NCBI RefSeq assembly: GCF_000497125.1
Contig: NC_090596.1
Location: 310,001 to 374,000, forward strand
DNA from: Spironucleus salmonicida
Taxonomy: Eukaryota
Direction of reading: 5' to 3'
Length of the DNA: 64,000 nucleotides
The translations under genes were made by a program, and so were the position numbers. Position 1 is the first letter of the stretch. The number at the start of each line of letters is the position of its first letter. This document shows, one piece after another, positions 13,143-27,118 of this stretch. A model generated the notes under the pieces. The model did not search any database. It was not told where the DNA came from and saw only the letters and a program-made list of their open reading frames with translations.

Positions 13143-13832
13143 TCATTTCCTTCCTTTTTTCTTGGCCTTCTTCTGTTCATCCAACTTTGCATCGCAAGCC
13201 CTAAGCATCTACCAAATGAGATCCCCATCTATCGTTCTGAGCTGCAAATCGACAGAAACATCCCCATTTTTCGAAATTTCCAATCCTTTCGCGTTACAGT
13301 AAATCTAAATTATCTCCCCCAAATTGACCTACGAGAGCTCGCTCATCTTACGCACTAGGCTCTGAATATCGCCTATCTAAGGCTGCTGCGACTCGTCGAT
13401 TTGTGAGTTTATGTCGCCGATATCACCCAACAGGATGATCAAATTGTAGTTTTCGGTCGTCAAATCGGCAAAAATTTTAGATAACGCAACCGTGAAGCCA
13501 GCCTCCGCCTGGTCCGAGATATTCTGATACCAGCCATTCTCTGCGTCACCGTTGTACTTTTTGCAGTTAGCAAAAATGAGAGAGGCATCTAGGATGAAAG
13601 ATGAGAGCGTTTGGTAGATTTTAGCGGTCAAATTCTTGTAAAGCGTAGAGTAATCCATTGGTTTTTGGACGATTATAGGGTAATCTGGTATTCCGAGCGC
13701 AATGGCGTCTACAGGCTTCGAGAACACCTCGCCATATGGCTTTTGCTTTTTTTATTAATCTACGAGTTTTGCTAGCTGATTTTAGAGTGGTTGGGTCAGA
13801 ATAGTAGCTGCTAGAGAGTACGGTGTCGACAT
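13143..13832 (-). CDS. Single-bromodomain + ET-domain protein (BET/GTE-like)
   Basis: FSKPVDAIALGIPDYPIIVQKPMDYST..LIFANCKKYN bromodomain; C-terminal LVRKMSELSQVNLGEIIQI..VSVDLQLRTIDGDLIWQM resembles an ET domain. Confidence 0.85.
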
Positions 13833-13895
13833 TTGGTTAATGGAATGAAGTTCAAATTGTATAACCACATATAATAATTTTAAAATAAAAAAGAA

Positions 13896-15776
13896 ATGGA
13901 TATTTCGAAATTGACGGAGGAATAGGCTGATTTCATATTATCTTATTAGCTAGCTCAATAGTATGGATAATAGGAATTTTAATAAATGTAAGAAGCTTTG
14001 TGTATAAAACATGTTTACCAATATTTTGAGTTTTAAAATTGTAAGTAAAAAGCAAGAGCATTAGGAGTGCCTAAATTATATTAGTAAGCTATAAAAAATA
14101 ATATAGTATAATCATTATTTGAATAAAAATTCACAGTTATCCGTGAGCTAGGCAAAGGAGGATTTGGTTCTGTTATTCATGTTTAAGACCGTAGTGGACC
14201 AAATGAATATGCTGTTAAAATAGTTAAAACAACTGATTATTTAAAAGTTCTTCATGAGATACAAGTATTATCATAATTATAAAGCTAGTTTATAGTTAGA
14301 TACTATGATGCTTGGATCGAAGGAGCAAATATCGAGTCCTAAGAAGAAGTATTAGAAGATTCAAATAATGTAACTGCATAAAAAGTATAATTTTCGACTT
14401 TAATAAAAAACTAATATTACTATGAATATGAGGTGATTGAAGATGAGGAGGATTCTTACTTGCTAACCAATTATTTTAATAATTCGATTAAAGATAAAAC
14501 TGAAGGGCAATCTGAGATTTAGTTAGTAGAGAATTTAGTTTATATTTAAATGGAGCTTTGTAAAGGATAAACATTACAAAGATAAATTGAATTAAATTCA
14601 CTGTCAGAGAAGAGTAAGTGGACTATTACCACAGATCTACTTTTAGGGTTAGAGTTTATACATAGAAAAAAAATAATCCATAGAGATATTAAGCCAGAAA
14701 ATATATTCTTGTCTGAAAATCTCGCAGCAAAATATGGAGATTTTGGTATAGCATTTAATAGTAATACAAAATAATAATAAAATTGTGGTACCATAGCATA
14801 TATGCCACAGGAATCTTTTAAATCAAGTGCACTTACATTTTCAGATTAATGTAAACGAGATATTTATTCTTTAGGTCTAACATTTTTATTATTATGGTAG
14901 CCTAATTTTGATTTCTAACTGTATAGAGATATAAAAGGTAATAAATAATCATTGCTTAATAAAATTTAAAACTATGGAATCAAGAAAATTATTGAAATGA
15001 TGACGGAAGAAAATTATTAGATTCGATGCAGTTTGGAAGAACTGTTAAAATAGGAAATAATATTTTAAAATATAGAGAATATTGATTCATTTGTGATAAG
15101 CTATTGTTAAAATTTGAAGTCTTTATAATAAAGTGGTGATAATGTTTAGAAACTTATTAATTTATTAGTTGAATTAACACCTTTGAATTTAGCTTCAAAT
15201 ATTCAACTTTAATAAGTACAACTAAAACAAATAAATTATCGAGGTGTCGCTAACTATTAGATTATGCCTTGGGATTAAATTTTAGTTTATTAAAATGCGA
15301 AGCAAATATAATTTTTAGATTAGTATTTACAAGGGAGATATATGATTTAAAATGATCAAACACTTTTAATTAACATATAATAGTTGCCTATATTATTTTA
15401 TATGACTTAGAATCTAAGCACTCCTAAAATTTTCTATTCTCAGCTTAATGATTTATTATAACCAATTTTGGTATAAAAATTTAATTCTTTGCAGCTAATA
15501 CTAGACTAAGTGCATTAAATAATTTGTTGTAATTTTGATAAACAAATTTACATTTGTCATTTGTTTACTCAGTATTTTAATGAAAACAAGCAATTTTACG
15601 ATGAAAATACTTTTAATAGAAAGGTTAAGATAAAAAGGATGGACGAAAAGTTAAAAAACTAATTTATTTGGGATGGATTTTAGGAATTTTCATTTGTATT
15701 TGTTATAAATAATTAAGTTAAAGCTTATGGTGGAATAATTGGAAATTTTATTTAAATATAATTTTCAGTTCAGTGA
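13896..15776 (+). CDS. eIF2-alpha kinase (PEK/GCN2-like)
   Basis: LGKGGFGSV, YAVK, IVRYYDAWIE, long acidic kinase insert, [26 protein letters not shown]; 626 aa. Confidence 0.88.
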
Positions 15777-15821
15777 TATCGATTATATATACTGTAATAA
15801 GATTTTAATATTAGTTTGAAA

Positions 15822-16553
15822 ATGACTTAGAGGTTTCTTGAGTTGTAAAATCCTTAAGATTAAAAGATTTACACTATAACGATTTAATTGAGCACTACAA
15901 TACTTATTTGCAAGCTTATATATATTTATTATACAGAATAACATATAAGATAGGCTACAAAAAAAATTAATATTGCAAAACGTTTATAAGAACAATCTTC
16001 TGGTAGACGTTATAAAATTTTAGATGTATATGTTGGCTAATAGAGGGAAAAAATTGTTCTTAATGCTACTCATAAGGGCGAATCATAGAAGAAATTTTTT
16101 TAATAGCAAGAAAGCAGTGTCAAATAATAACCTACATTTTCTAAATTGAATCCTGGCCCTACTATTTATATTATCTTGCCGTATTTAATATTTTTCTTTG
16201 TGTTCTAAGATCTTAGTTTCACGTTTTTGACTTTTAAATAAAAAGTAATTCCAGACTGCCTTGATGTAATTAATAACTTTGGAAACCACGGTGAAAAAGT
16301 CAGTTAAAATTCCATATCAGCATTGTTTATTTTATTTATTTTTGACTAAATAATTGTTCGGTTGTTTAAGAGGCTTCTTTTTAATAAGAATCATCGCGTT
16401 AAGTTCACTGATAGAATGTGTATATATTATTTAGCTGAAAATAAAGTCTAATATACTTCTCCCAGTAAGTTAAGATTAGGGGAGGACAAAGATTTACTGC
16501 TCTAATTACCAGATATAGTTCATTTATACGAAGAAGATTTAGAATTTCAGTGA
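15822..16553 (+). CDS. Membrane protein, possibly EMC3/TMCO1 (DUF106)-like
   Basis: 243 aa; three hydrophobic segments, a coiled region after TM1, and SQNSISALFILFIF. The family call is inference. Confidence 0.45.
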
Positions 16554-16563
16554 TGTTATTAAA

Positions 16564-16908
16564 TCAGATATACTCTTAAAGAGATTAAACTAAGACTCTA
16601 CGCTAGTCTTGATTGAGAGAGTCAAGAAGTTTTGCTACTTATTGTGCTTTAATGAGATCAATTCCTTGTGCCCTAAGAGATTGTATAAGAATTACATTAG
16701 AATAAGCTTGGCTTTCATTGATATCTTAATAGTTTGATTGTTATGTGGGTTAAGATATAGGTTATATAGTTTGGTCAGAAACCTATCTATTTTAGTCCTA
16801 GTTCATATCAAACTATGGATTTACACACAAATCATATGAGGTAAAGTCACTTGTATAGACTTAAGGTGCATTGCGTAATAATATTTCAATCTACTATCTT
16901 CTTGACAT
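16564..16908 (-). CDS. Hypothetical protein, 114 aa
   Basis: Fully translated ATG..TGA under TAR=Gln. Confidence 0.6.
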
Positions 16909-16958
16909 TTTAAAGTAAATATAATTTAAATATAATATATAACTGAGGTTTTTCAAAT

Positions 16959-17294
16959 ATGAAACCTAATAAAGAAGCTTATAGAACATTTTTTAAAGAA
17001 AATGGATAAAAATATACCTTTCTAGACCTAGAAATTCATAACTAAAATTCTCCGTCTCCTTTATCTTATTAAAAATTCAAATAACCAGATTAGTATGCTG
17101 GATTTAAAATTAAAGAAAAATATGATTTACCTGCTTAAGCATTATAATGTAAGAGAGATTATTATCCAATTGATAGAAGTCCAGGACGAACTTTGCCGAT
17201 TTTAAAGCTTAATACTTAAGAGAGATTTATTAAACATAAAGGATACAAGTTGGTTAAAAAAGGTTGGGACTATTTAGTGGAGTTTACTGAATGA
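16959..17294 (+). CDS. Hypothetical protein, 111 aa
   Basis: Fully translated ATG..TGA; divergent partner of the previous gene across 50 bp. Confidence 0.6.
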
Positions 17295-17336
17295 TTATTA
17301 TATATATTTATGATTAATTATTTCTTTCCGCAAATT

Positions 17337-17510
17337 ATGACTGAACAAAATAATCGTACACAAATTGAGGCATTACCGACACGTGCTTATTTAGATGAAA
17401 CCGTGGTACCAGTTCTTATGTAAGGTCTATCGGCGTTAGTTTAGGAAAGACCAGAAGATCCATTGCAATTTTTAGGACAATATTTAATTTTAAATGGACA
17501 GAAAAAATGA
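17337..17510 (+). CDS. DPY30: Dpy-30 motif protein, 57 aa
   Basis: [39 protein letters not shown]. Confidence 0.93.
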
Positions 17511-17531
17511 CTTAAGTAATGTTATATTCTA

Positions 17532-20500
17532 TCACTCCCACTACGACATGAGCAAAAGCAATTTATTCAACTATACACCTTTTTCAATACTTTACTATCT
17601 TGTATTCAAGTATAATAGATGCGAGTGTAAATTGCATATTAGTTATTAATTTCTATATAAAGGTATTTTCTTAATTCGTTACATATCATCTTCCCCATTA
17701 TCATCTAAATAAGGCCCTCCTGAAAAATATACATTATTCTTAAAATCTGTAAAAATGATAATATTTTACTAGTAAACATAATAGCAACCTTAATGTTAGC
17801 AGGTCTATGAGTGAGAAAAATTTTAAATATGCTTATAACATAGACCTTAGTTACAGAATACACAAAAACACAAAGCTTTATCCCCACAATGACAATTAAT
17901 TGGAAATTTTAATAATTATGAAAAATTCAGAGGAAATTCTTAAATTATCAATGGTTCTAAATATTAGTCTAATTTTATTGGTTACATGCTAGCAATATTA
18001 TCATATAGACAACATAATTTTAGAGATTATTGATATCCTTAATAACCTGATTAAAATTCTTTTTAGGAGAGTTCAAACTGTAATTCATTAAATTTTTATT
18101 AACTAATGAGCTGTTATTTTTTATTTAAAAGTATTTAAAGTTAAGCAATAACCTTATCATCTGCAAATTCTCTCATTATCAGAGATTTAAACAAATTATC
18201 AGTTTACAATTAATTGTTAGTTCTATATAATAGGCTATTTTAACAACAATAATTATATAATTGGTTTGCACTTAAAATTAATGAATATGATGTGAATATA
18301 ACTATTTGATATTATTTATTTTTATACTTTAAATCATTGTTATTATCTTAATGTATCCTAGAAGAAACAATTAGCACTTGTTAGTACGCAGTTTAAAGAA
18401 GCAACTGAATCATCATATTTATGATCTTAATATTTTCTTCCTCTATAGAATTTAATTAGATATTACTCAATGATTACAAAATATTTTCTTCATCTTGATG
18501 TTAATGAATACTAATTATATTAATAATTAATGCAATAATTACTGATATATTTTCATCGGTATCTATAGAAAATAAAATTGGAAATGCTACATTTGAGATA
18601 CATCGACATACTGGACACGAAATAGTTCCAGACTCAACTTTGGTACATGTATAGTGGAACACATGAGTGCAGGTTTATCCTAGTACTGCACTCTACTTGT
18701 TCGACATGACAGGCAACACTGTACCTAAAACACATAATGATGAGTTTTTCTTAAATATATCCTAACAAACTTAACACTTAGGTTGATATTTCTCAATGAG
18801 TTTCAATTAATCTTAAAATTCCGAAGGTGGTTGTTACATCATGTCATATTCTATGTGCTCATTATTAGTAGTATTAATAAGTTCATATGTGGGAGCTACC
18901 TTACTTTTAAGCTGGGCCAGCTTTGCCTAGAGTGAAATTTTGTTTACACTTTTCTTTTCTTGGTGTTGGTAGTCCATAAGGTTTTGGAGTACTATCCACA
19001 CCTAGTCTTGGTAGAGGCTCTGGTCTTTGGGGATTAGGTTGAACAGCTTTTTCAGCTCTAAGTCGTCAGCGTTGTGGATAATCAGCTGTTTGAATCCAAG
19101 AAGCACATAAATATCGTTGATAACGTTGGATGATTTGAAGGTTCCATCGACAAAGCCAGTCTTAACCAAGAAGAATATAACATCGTATACATGTTAGTTC
19201 GTGAATATCTGATCGGCAAGTTCTCGATCAAACGGCGCATCAAAGGTGTCTGCTGGAAGTATTGGGACTTTATACTTCAGAGCCTGGGTCTTAAAGGTGC
19301 TCAGGAACTATGGAATGTTAGCGCAGAACGAGTCAAAAATTGATAAATAAAGTAGACCGTTTCGACTAAGCTACCAGAAAATTTCTTGGTTTGAAGATTT
19401 ATAAAATTGTTAATTAGTATTCTAAAACTTAGTTTTTTCAGCAAATTTTTCTAAAATTAGCTCAAAACGTTCAGAATTATAAAAATCCATTTCACCAAAA
19501 AATTTTTGGACCTCGGAAGGAGATGCTTAATGTTTCATAAGTAAAAAAGAAATCACATATTTTGATATAAGTTCGGAATGTGCTGTGAGGAATTAAGATT
19601 TCATGACAAGACAAAGTAATATTCGTATTGAATATTAAACTAAATAAAATGACTTTTGCTAATCTTCTCGTTTATTAACAAAAACTATCTGACTTGTTTA
19701 TGGGTTTATTATACCAAGATTTTCTAACAATTAAACTACAAAGTACTTAGTCTTAAAAATGCCTTATTTAGTTGACTATAAAACTGATTATAGTAATAAA
19801 TAATGATGGTAGATAGAATTGTAATATAGTACATTTGGATGCTAATAGAGAAAACATTTAATATAATCTTCGACTTCGACGAGAGATTTAAAGAATCCTC
19901 CCTCTAAGAGGCCCACCGATACAATGGTACGCATGGCCCACGCAGCAATGACGGGCATATTGTACCGCGGGAGGCTGCGTGTATACTCTATAGAACCTAC
20001 AACATCCTTAAGGTATTCATAATGCGGCTTTTCAAACATGCCCTGTTTTTGGTACAGGTAGTATGCCTAAAGCCCGAAGGATAACATTATCACGAGTTGG
20101 TTATCGAGAGGGTGCAGTACGTCATGGTCTACCTAAATCATGTCCGTCTCTAAAATTGGTATCTGGGTGTGGAGCCCGAACCCGTATGGAATCTGTGGGT
20201 ACACATTGTTATTCGAGTAACAGAACTGGAAGCGCTAATTAAGAGAGTATGCAAGCAGAAAGTACGTTGAGAGCTACACAACGTTGTCTATCTGCTTTTG
20301 GAAATCTCGGTTCTTCGTTAAGTCGACGCTGTCAAAGTCGTCATTGACCCGGCAAATACTTGACTGAAAATTATACGTTGATATTCGATGACCATAAATC
20401 ATTCCTGTAAAAATTTCAAATGCAAAATCGTAAAAATATTTACCATTAAAGATTAATTATTATAAAATATCTTTTATTGGCTTATCGAATTATAGTACTT

Positions 20501-21998
20501 AAACATCTCTTAGACGCTTGACTTCAACTGTAAAATTAAATCCTAATAGAAACATAAAACTTAAAATAGGTAATTTATAACAGCTTATTTGAGCGTCAAA
20601 TTAAGAATTTTTCATTGAATAAATATGGCAAAGCAGAGAGTAACACATTTCTCTTAGATTATGAATATTTTCATTTGTTTCAATTAGTTACTAATTAAAT
20701 GATTCGAGAGATGGCAACATATCTGAAAAAATTTAAATAGAGTTATCGAAAAGTATTGTTAATTTAGAAATTAAAATATTACTTACCTTCTAATCCTTAC
20801 TAACAAAATATAGTTCTTCTATGCCATGCTTAAAAAATGAGTCTAAATATTATGTTAAAACACATCGTTAACATTTTAACATTTTTATATTTGATAGTTA
20901 TAAACATGTCAAATAATAGGAAGAAAGTTCAATAAAATTTACTATAATTCCATGAAAATTATCTATCTATATATTTGAATCCAATTATACAGGAGCACTG
21001 CACCATGTTTATTTTTAAACAGTACACGAATTATTTATAAATTTAATAGGCGTTTTTATTTTAGTATGAAATAGACTATTTATTTAATCCTACTATTAAG
21101 GGAAACAAGATGCTATAAGGTCCTGGTATCGCATGTAGAACGCGTACATCATGAGGGACCTGAAGTTTGGTTCGGATATTTGATACTCTACTAGCAGGTG
21201 TGCGATATCCTGATCACCGAGGCCTGGGATAAACTCCTCGGACTGGCTTATGATGCAGATGAGGGGATAGTGTTTGAATCCGGTCTGGTGGACGGTCTGG
21301 CGCAGTTCGTAAAAGTTGTGGTAAGGGAGAATGTGGTTCTCAAAGTTGCCAAAGTCCAGGAAGTCCTGCATTCGCGACTTGCCTGGGTCGATGAAGAGGC
21401 ACTTCGTGAAAATGCTCTTTAAGAAGTCCACGGGGTACTCGTACAGGATAGTCTTCAGCACGCTGCAGACATCCTGATATCTGGCGGAGTTCCCGCTGAC
21501 TAGGTGGTGTGCTATGAGGCAACACAGCGTGTAGATTACCTTCACGCACATCTATTCATCAAATATCAGCTTCTCGTCGTGGAAGTCCCTGATCACGTGG
21601 TTCCCACAGTGCTTATCGCAGAACCCCTCCGGCTTGATGGTACAGGCGAAGCCGCAGTCGCACATGCCGTTCGCAGTGAGATAGGTGTACTTGTGTCCCA
21701 CGTGTTTGGTCTCATCAAAACACTCCAGGCATATCACAGACGCCAGGTCGTTCGAACAAGTTTAACACTTAATGGCTGGACTATTTATTAATTATTTTCC
21801 ACAAACAGCATGAAGTAGACTATTAGTAATTTGTTAAAAATTATTAATATTTTAATTTTTAAGTAATATCTTTATAAATGAATCTTCTTCTTTATTTAGT
21901 AAATCATAAGATATAACATCTACTAATGTGATTTTGTCTAATATATTAGATAGATTAGAGTCGCTAAACATATTAATCATATTGACCCAATCCTCCAT
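17532..21998 (-). CDS. UBR-box/RING-H2 E3 ubiquitin ligase (UBR1-type N-recognin), copy A, ~1488 aa
   Basis: UBR box KCQTCSNDLASVICLECFDETKHVGHKY..GMCDCG..GFCDKH; split RING CQVC..CTHVFHYTC..CPVCR; UBR1-like C-terminal Cys cluster. Confidence 0.88.
18883..19346. repeat. Inverted near-identical tract 3 (464 bp), partner 42887..43350
   Basis: Hand alignment to the reverse complement; no differences noticed. Confidence 0.92.
19891..20381. repeat. Inverted near-identical tract 2 (491 bp), partner 41852..42342
   Basis: Hand alignment; one synonymous difference seen (19929/42304). Confidence 0.92.
21102..21773. repeat. Inverted near-identical tract 1 (672 bp), partner 40442..41113
   Basis: Hand alignment; two synonymous differences seen (21675/40540 and 21141/41074). 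Confidence 0.93.
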
Positions 21999-22045
21999 TC
22001 AATAAGCTAATATTATTTAAATAATATATATTAATAAAATTTATT

Positions 22046-24145
22046 TCATTCAATAGTTTTTAACAACAGCTAAATTTCATAATCAAACTTAATTCTAAAA
22101 TTTCTATGTTACTTTTTAGAACTAGGAGTAAATAAATCCATATTAAGACTCCAATCCTCGTCTAGTTTGACACAAATTGCCTTTGGTATGCAATATGCTT
22201 TAATACCTGCCTTTCTTACAAAAGTTTCGATTTCAGCCATCATGAATTTATCTAATTGATTCTAATTAGATATATTGGTAAATTTAGTCCCTATCATAGT
22301 AGATTCACATGATATAATACAGACTGGTGCGCATTTACTAGGATCTGCATAACAGAAACAATGCGAGATCAACGGAGAAGATTCAATAGCAGATTCTAAT
22401 TATTCTAAATCCACAAATTCACCATGCTACAATTTTTAAACTAGAGAAATTCTTCTTATGAAAGATATGCTACCGTCCTGATTAAGTCTTCCTAAATCAC
22501 CAGTGTGATAATAACCATCTTTATCTGCAATAGGGGTTAAATTATTAATATCACCATTAAAATATCCTAAACAAACACCAGGGCCTTTAATTAAAATTTC
22601 TCCAATTTTATCTTCATTTAAAGAGAATTCTGAAACGTCAGATCTATCGATAATAATCACACTAGTTTGATATGCAGCTTTTCCCAATGAATTCTGGTCA
22701 ATTATTCGATCACCTGAACATATTATAAGTCCAGTTGCTGAAGTCTCTGTAGAGCCGTAACCATGTACTAACCGTGCATTTGTACATGTCCTAAGAAAAT
22801 TTCCAACATCAATTGGAAGAGCTGAGCTAGCTGTGATCATAACTTCTACATTTCCTCCTAAATTTTAAGATATTTTTTTGAAAATTATATCAAATGGCAT
22901 CACTTTACCGGTTCTAAATGAAGAAGGAAACATACTCATAAATATTTTCTTAGCTAAATATGTAGTGTTGAATATAGCTCTAGGAATAACGCCAGCCTTC
23001 TATAATTAAGAAAATACTGAGCCATAAATTTTGGTAAAAACTCTTGGTACTCCAATAAATATAGTAGGCTTTGATAACTTAATATCTTAAGTTAAGTTTT
23101 TAGTTGATCCAGAATAATAATATATACAATAACCTCTTAAGTAACAATAGTGTTCGTAGCCACGCTCATATACATGCGCTAGTGGCAAGTACGATAGTGT
23201 TGACGATTAAATACCAGAATCAGCCTTATTATAGGGTTAGAGCTGTCTGCCCATACAACATCCGGATGCATATAGATTGGAGGAACATGAAACAACCGCC
23301 TTGGGCCTACCAGAGGTTCCAGAAGTGAATATAATAGAAGATGGATCCTGCGGGGTCTGACCGGAAGGAAGTTCTAGTTCCCCGCTTGCACTGCTAATAT
23401 CTGTGCTAATTGTATGTAAATGTAGGCGACTGACCTACCCATTGGTGAATAGCTGTGTCACAAACTTTTCGACTTCGGGTACATGGAGATCATCAGTATC
23501 AGCTTCTTCAATAGCCTATTTGGAGTGCACAGATAGTTGGAAAAGGGACTTGGTGTCATCCTCAAGCTGAATGTCGCTGCCGTCAAGTTTTAAAAATACT
23601 TTTTGCGCAAGGACTGACGTTTCTGATTCATCTACGAAGCGATCTAATACGATGATATGCTCCAGTGAGGCAATAGAATTTGTCATACCTAATATATTAC
23701 CGAGAACCTCCGAACCAACAAAGACAAAGCGCGTCTTGACGAAGTCCATGCAGTACTAGATGTTGTCTACGCCTAGCGTATCATAAATAGGAACAGTAAT
23801 AGCTTGACAGAATGAAACAGCTATATCGGCTAGTAACCATAGAGGTGAGTTCTTGGCATAGATACAGACGGTGTCGTTAGGCATGATCCTAAGAGATTTT
23901 AGCTACTCAACGATCCGTTACACGTACTTAAGAGAATCACCATAAGTAATGTAGCGGTACTCGTCCGCCAGCTCGTGCGTGCTTGTCGATAGCCCCGCGC
24001 GGTACGCCAGCATGTTGTCCCCGTAAAATTTCTTAATTGCTTATATATAATTAGCAGGTATTGTCTAGTCGTACTCTGGTTCCAACTCATGAATTAAAGG
24101 CAAGTTACCTGGTGCATTAAACGTAGTTTAATTTGCGTTGAGCAT
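22046..24145 (-). CDS. Long-chain fatty acyl-CoA synthetase, copy 1
   Basis: IIFTSGTSGRPKAV AMP-binding motif, SYLPLAHVYER, GYGSTET, YHTGDLG, KLQHGEFV; alternative in-frame ATG at 24169. Confidence 0.93.
23200..24036. repeat. Direct identical tract (837 bp), partner 25936..26772
   Basis: Offset 2736 bp; no differences noticed; sharp boundaries. Confidence 0.93.
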
Positions 24146-24793
24146 TTTTAATATTAGAGGTTGTGACATTATATAAATAATATTATAAATAATATTTACT
24201 TTAACAAAGTATTTTGACTACATTTTACACAATAAAACACTATTTAAATGATAATATTAATGCAATAATACTACAATGAAAGGTTAACAATGTCTTGTAT
24301 ATTACAATAACATCTATTTTCTAATTAAATTAAAATCATCCTAAATTCCGGAGTAAAGCTTATATATTAAAATATTAGACATAGCAATATTTATATTTAA
24401 TAATATTTTTTATAGATGAAATATAATATTAACTCAATAAAATAAATTAATAGTAAATTGTCATTTTTAGCTAAGTAAGTAAGTGATAATATTCGATTTG
24501 ATATTATGTTCCGCTATCCTTTTTAAATAAAATATTTCAGATTGCTAGTCTTAAATAAATATTAAATGTTTTCTCAAAAAATTAAAATAATCTATAGGTT
24601 TAATATATCCACTACTAAAACATAGACATCATTATTACAAGTTAAAAATAATTAATCATCCAAAGTTATTTTTAAAACTTGAACAAATTAATTAATTTAC
24701 GAAAAATCAGATAAGAATCAATAAAATACTTATTATTCTTGAATTTTAGTTAATCTTTTAATCAAAATTAGATTAAAAATTTACTTCAAGCTT

Positions 24794-26881
24794 TCACTCT
24801 ATTGCTTTAAGCAATTATTAAATTTCCTATCTAAACTTAACTCTAAAATTCTTGTGCTGCTTTTTCGAACTTGGTGTAAACAACTCCCTATCAATCAACC
24901 AGTCTACATCCTTATAAACTTTAACTGCCTTTGGTATACAGAATGACTTGATTCCTGCTTTTCTAACGTATTGATCAATTTCTTTTAATATTATATCATC
25001 CACTTTCTGGTCATCCGATATCTCTTTTAATAGAGATGAATCTATACTTACTATTGCAATAGGTGCGGATTTAGCAGAGTCTGCATATGTAAAGCAAGTT
25101 GTAATCATTGGCGAAGCCTCGATAGCTGTTTCCAACTATTCTAAATCAACAAATTCGCCGTGCTAAAGCTTTTATACTAGCGATATTCGCCTAACAAAGG
25201 AGATACTTCCATCCGAGTGATATTTGCCAAGATCTCCAGTATGATAGAATCCATTATTATCTGTAAGTTTTTCAAGTTTTTTAAGATCGCCAGTGAAGTA
25301 GCCCAGACACACTCCAGGGCCTTTGATTAGGATTTCGCCAATTAAATCTCTCTTTAGAGTAAATTCTGAAATATCTTATCGATCAATAAGAACAACTTCC
25401 GTTTGGTAACTTGATTTACCTAGTGAATTTGATGATTAAATAGCTTCTCCTGAACAAATTAAAAGACCTGTCGCCGATGTTTCAGTTAAGCCGTACCCTT
25501 GCATTAGTCTGGCACATGAATTTATCTATAAAAATTATAAAACATGAGCTGGCAAACTGGCAGATCCAGAAATTATGACTTCAATGTTTCCTCCTAAAGC
25601 TTCTCTTATTTTTTAGAAGACTGAGTCAAAGATAGAAACTTTCCCAGTTCTGAATGTCTAAATATTTCTAGACATATATAATCTTTTTAGGTAAGTTGCA
25701 ACGCTAAATATCATACTTGCTATCGTTCCTGCATTTTATATTTTTTTCTAAACTCCTGAATAAATTTTAGTGTAAACTCGTGGGACTCCTGGTAAAATAG
25801 TAGGTTTAGCTAGAGCAATATCTTAAGTCAAATTACGAGTATCACCAGAGTAATAATAAATATTATAGCCTCTACAATACGAGTAATGCTCGCAGCATCT
25901 TTCATAAACATGGGCTAATGGTAAATATGAAATAATTGACGATTAAATACCAGAATCAGCCTTATTATAGGGTTAGAGCTGTCTGCCCATACAACATCCG
26001 GATGCATATAGATTGGAGGAACATGAAACAACCGCCTTGGGCCTACCAGAGGTTCCAGAAGTGAATATAATAGAAGATGGATCCTGCGGGGTCTGACCGG
26101 AAGGAAGTTCTAGTTCCCCGCTTGCACTGCTAATATCTGTGCTAATTGTATGTAAATGTAGGCGACTGACCTACCCATTGGTGAATAGCTGTGTCACAAA
26201 CTTTTCGACTTCGGGTACATGGAGATCATCAGTATCAGCTTCTTCAATAGCCTATTTGGAGTGCACAGATAGTTGGAAAAGGGACTTGGTGTCATCCTCA
26301 AGCTGAATGTCGCTGCCGTCAAGTTTTAAAAATACTTTTTGCGCAAGGACTGACGTTTCTGATTCATCTACGAAGCGATCTAATACGATGATATGCTCCA
26401 GTGAGGCAATAGAATTTGTCATACCTAATATATTACCGAGAACCTCCGAACCAACAAAGACAAAGCGCGTCTTGACGAAGTCCATGCAGTACTAGATGTT
26501 GTCTACGCCTAGCGTATCATAAATAGGAACAGTAATAGCTTGACAGAATGAAACAGCTATATCGGCTAGTAACCATAGAGGTGAGTTCTTGGCATAGATA
26601 CAGACGGTGTCGTTAGGCATGATCCTAAGAGATTTTAGCTACTCAACGATCCGTTACACGTACTTAAGAGAATCACCATAAGTAATGTAGCGGTACTCGT
26701 CCGCCAGCTCGTGCGTGCTTGTCGATAGCCCCGCGCGGTACGCCAGCATGTTGTCCCCGTAAAATTTCTTAACTGAAAGTAAATAGTTCTACGGAACAGT
26801 ATGATTATACTCGGGTTCCAATTCAAGGATTAGGGGGAGATTACCTGGGGCGTCAAAAGTGCTTTGACTTGCAGTTAACAT
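24794..26881 (-). CDS. Long-chain fatty acyl-CoA synthetase, copy 2
   Basis: Same motifs as copy 1 (SYLPLAHVYER, QGYGLTET, YHTGDLG); alternative in-frame ATG at 26905. Confidence 0.93.
25936..26772. repeat. Direct identical tract (837 bp), partner 23200..24036
   Basis: See partner tract. Confidence 0.93.
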
Positions 26882-27118
26882 TATTAAGAAACGTAATATC
26901 TACATGCTGCATAAATAAATAAGATTAACTAAATTTGTTAAAACCTATATTATTTAAATATTATTTAACTTTACATTTTATGTAAGATATAATTTTCAAA
27001 TATCTGATGCTAATTATTATATAATATGTCACTTCTTTAATTGTGAGTGTAATACGATAATTTGTTTTCCGGCTTAGTTATAAAACGCCTAAAACTAATT
27101 TAAACCAAACAAACTTTC

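Noticed and set aside
21198-21791. Antisense and alternative-frame ORFs in the GC-rich UBR tracts (also 40424..41017, and 23571..24090 and 26307..26826 in the ACSL genes)
   Set aside because: They are by-products of high GC and duplication over real genes; their conservation just reflects tract identity.
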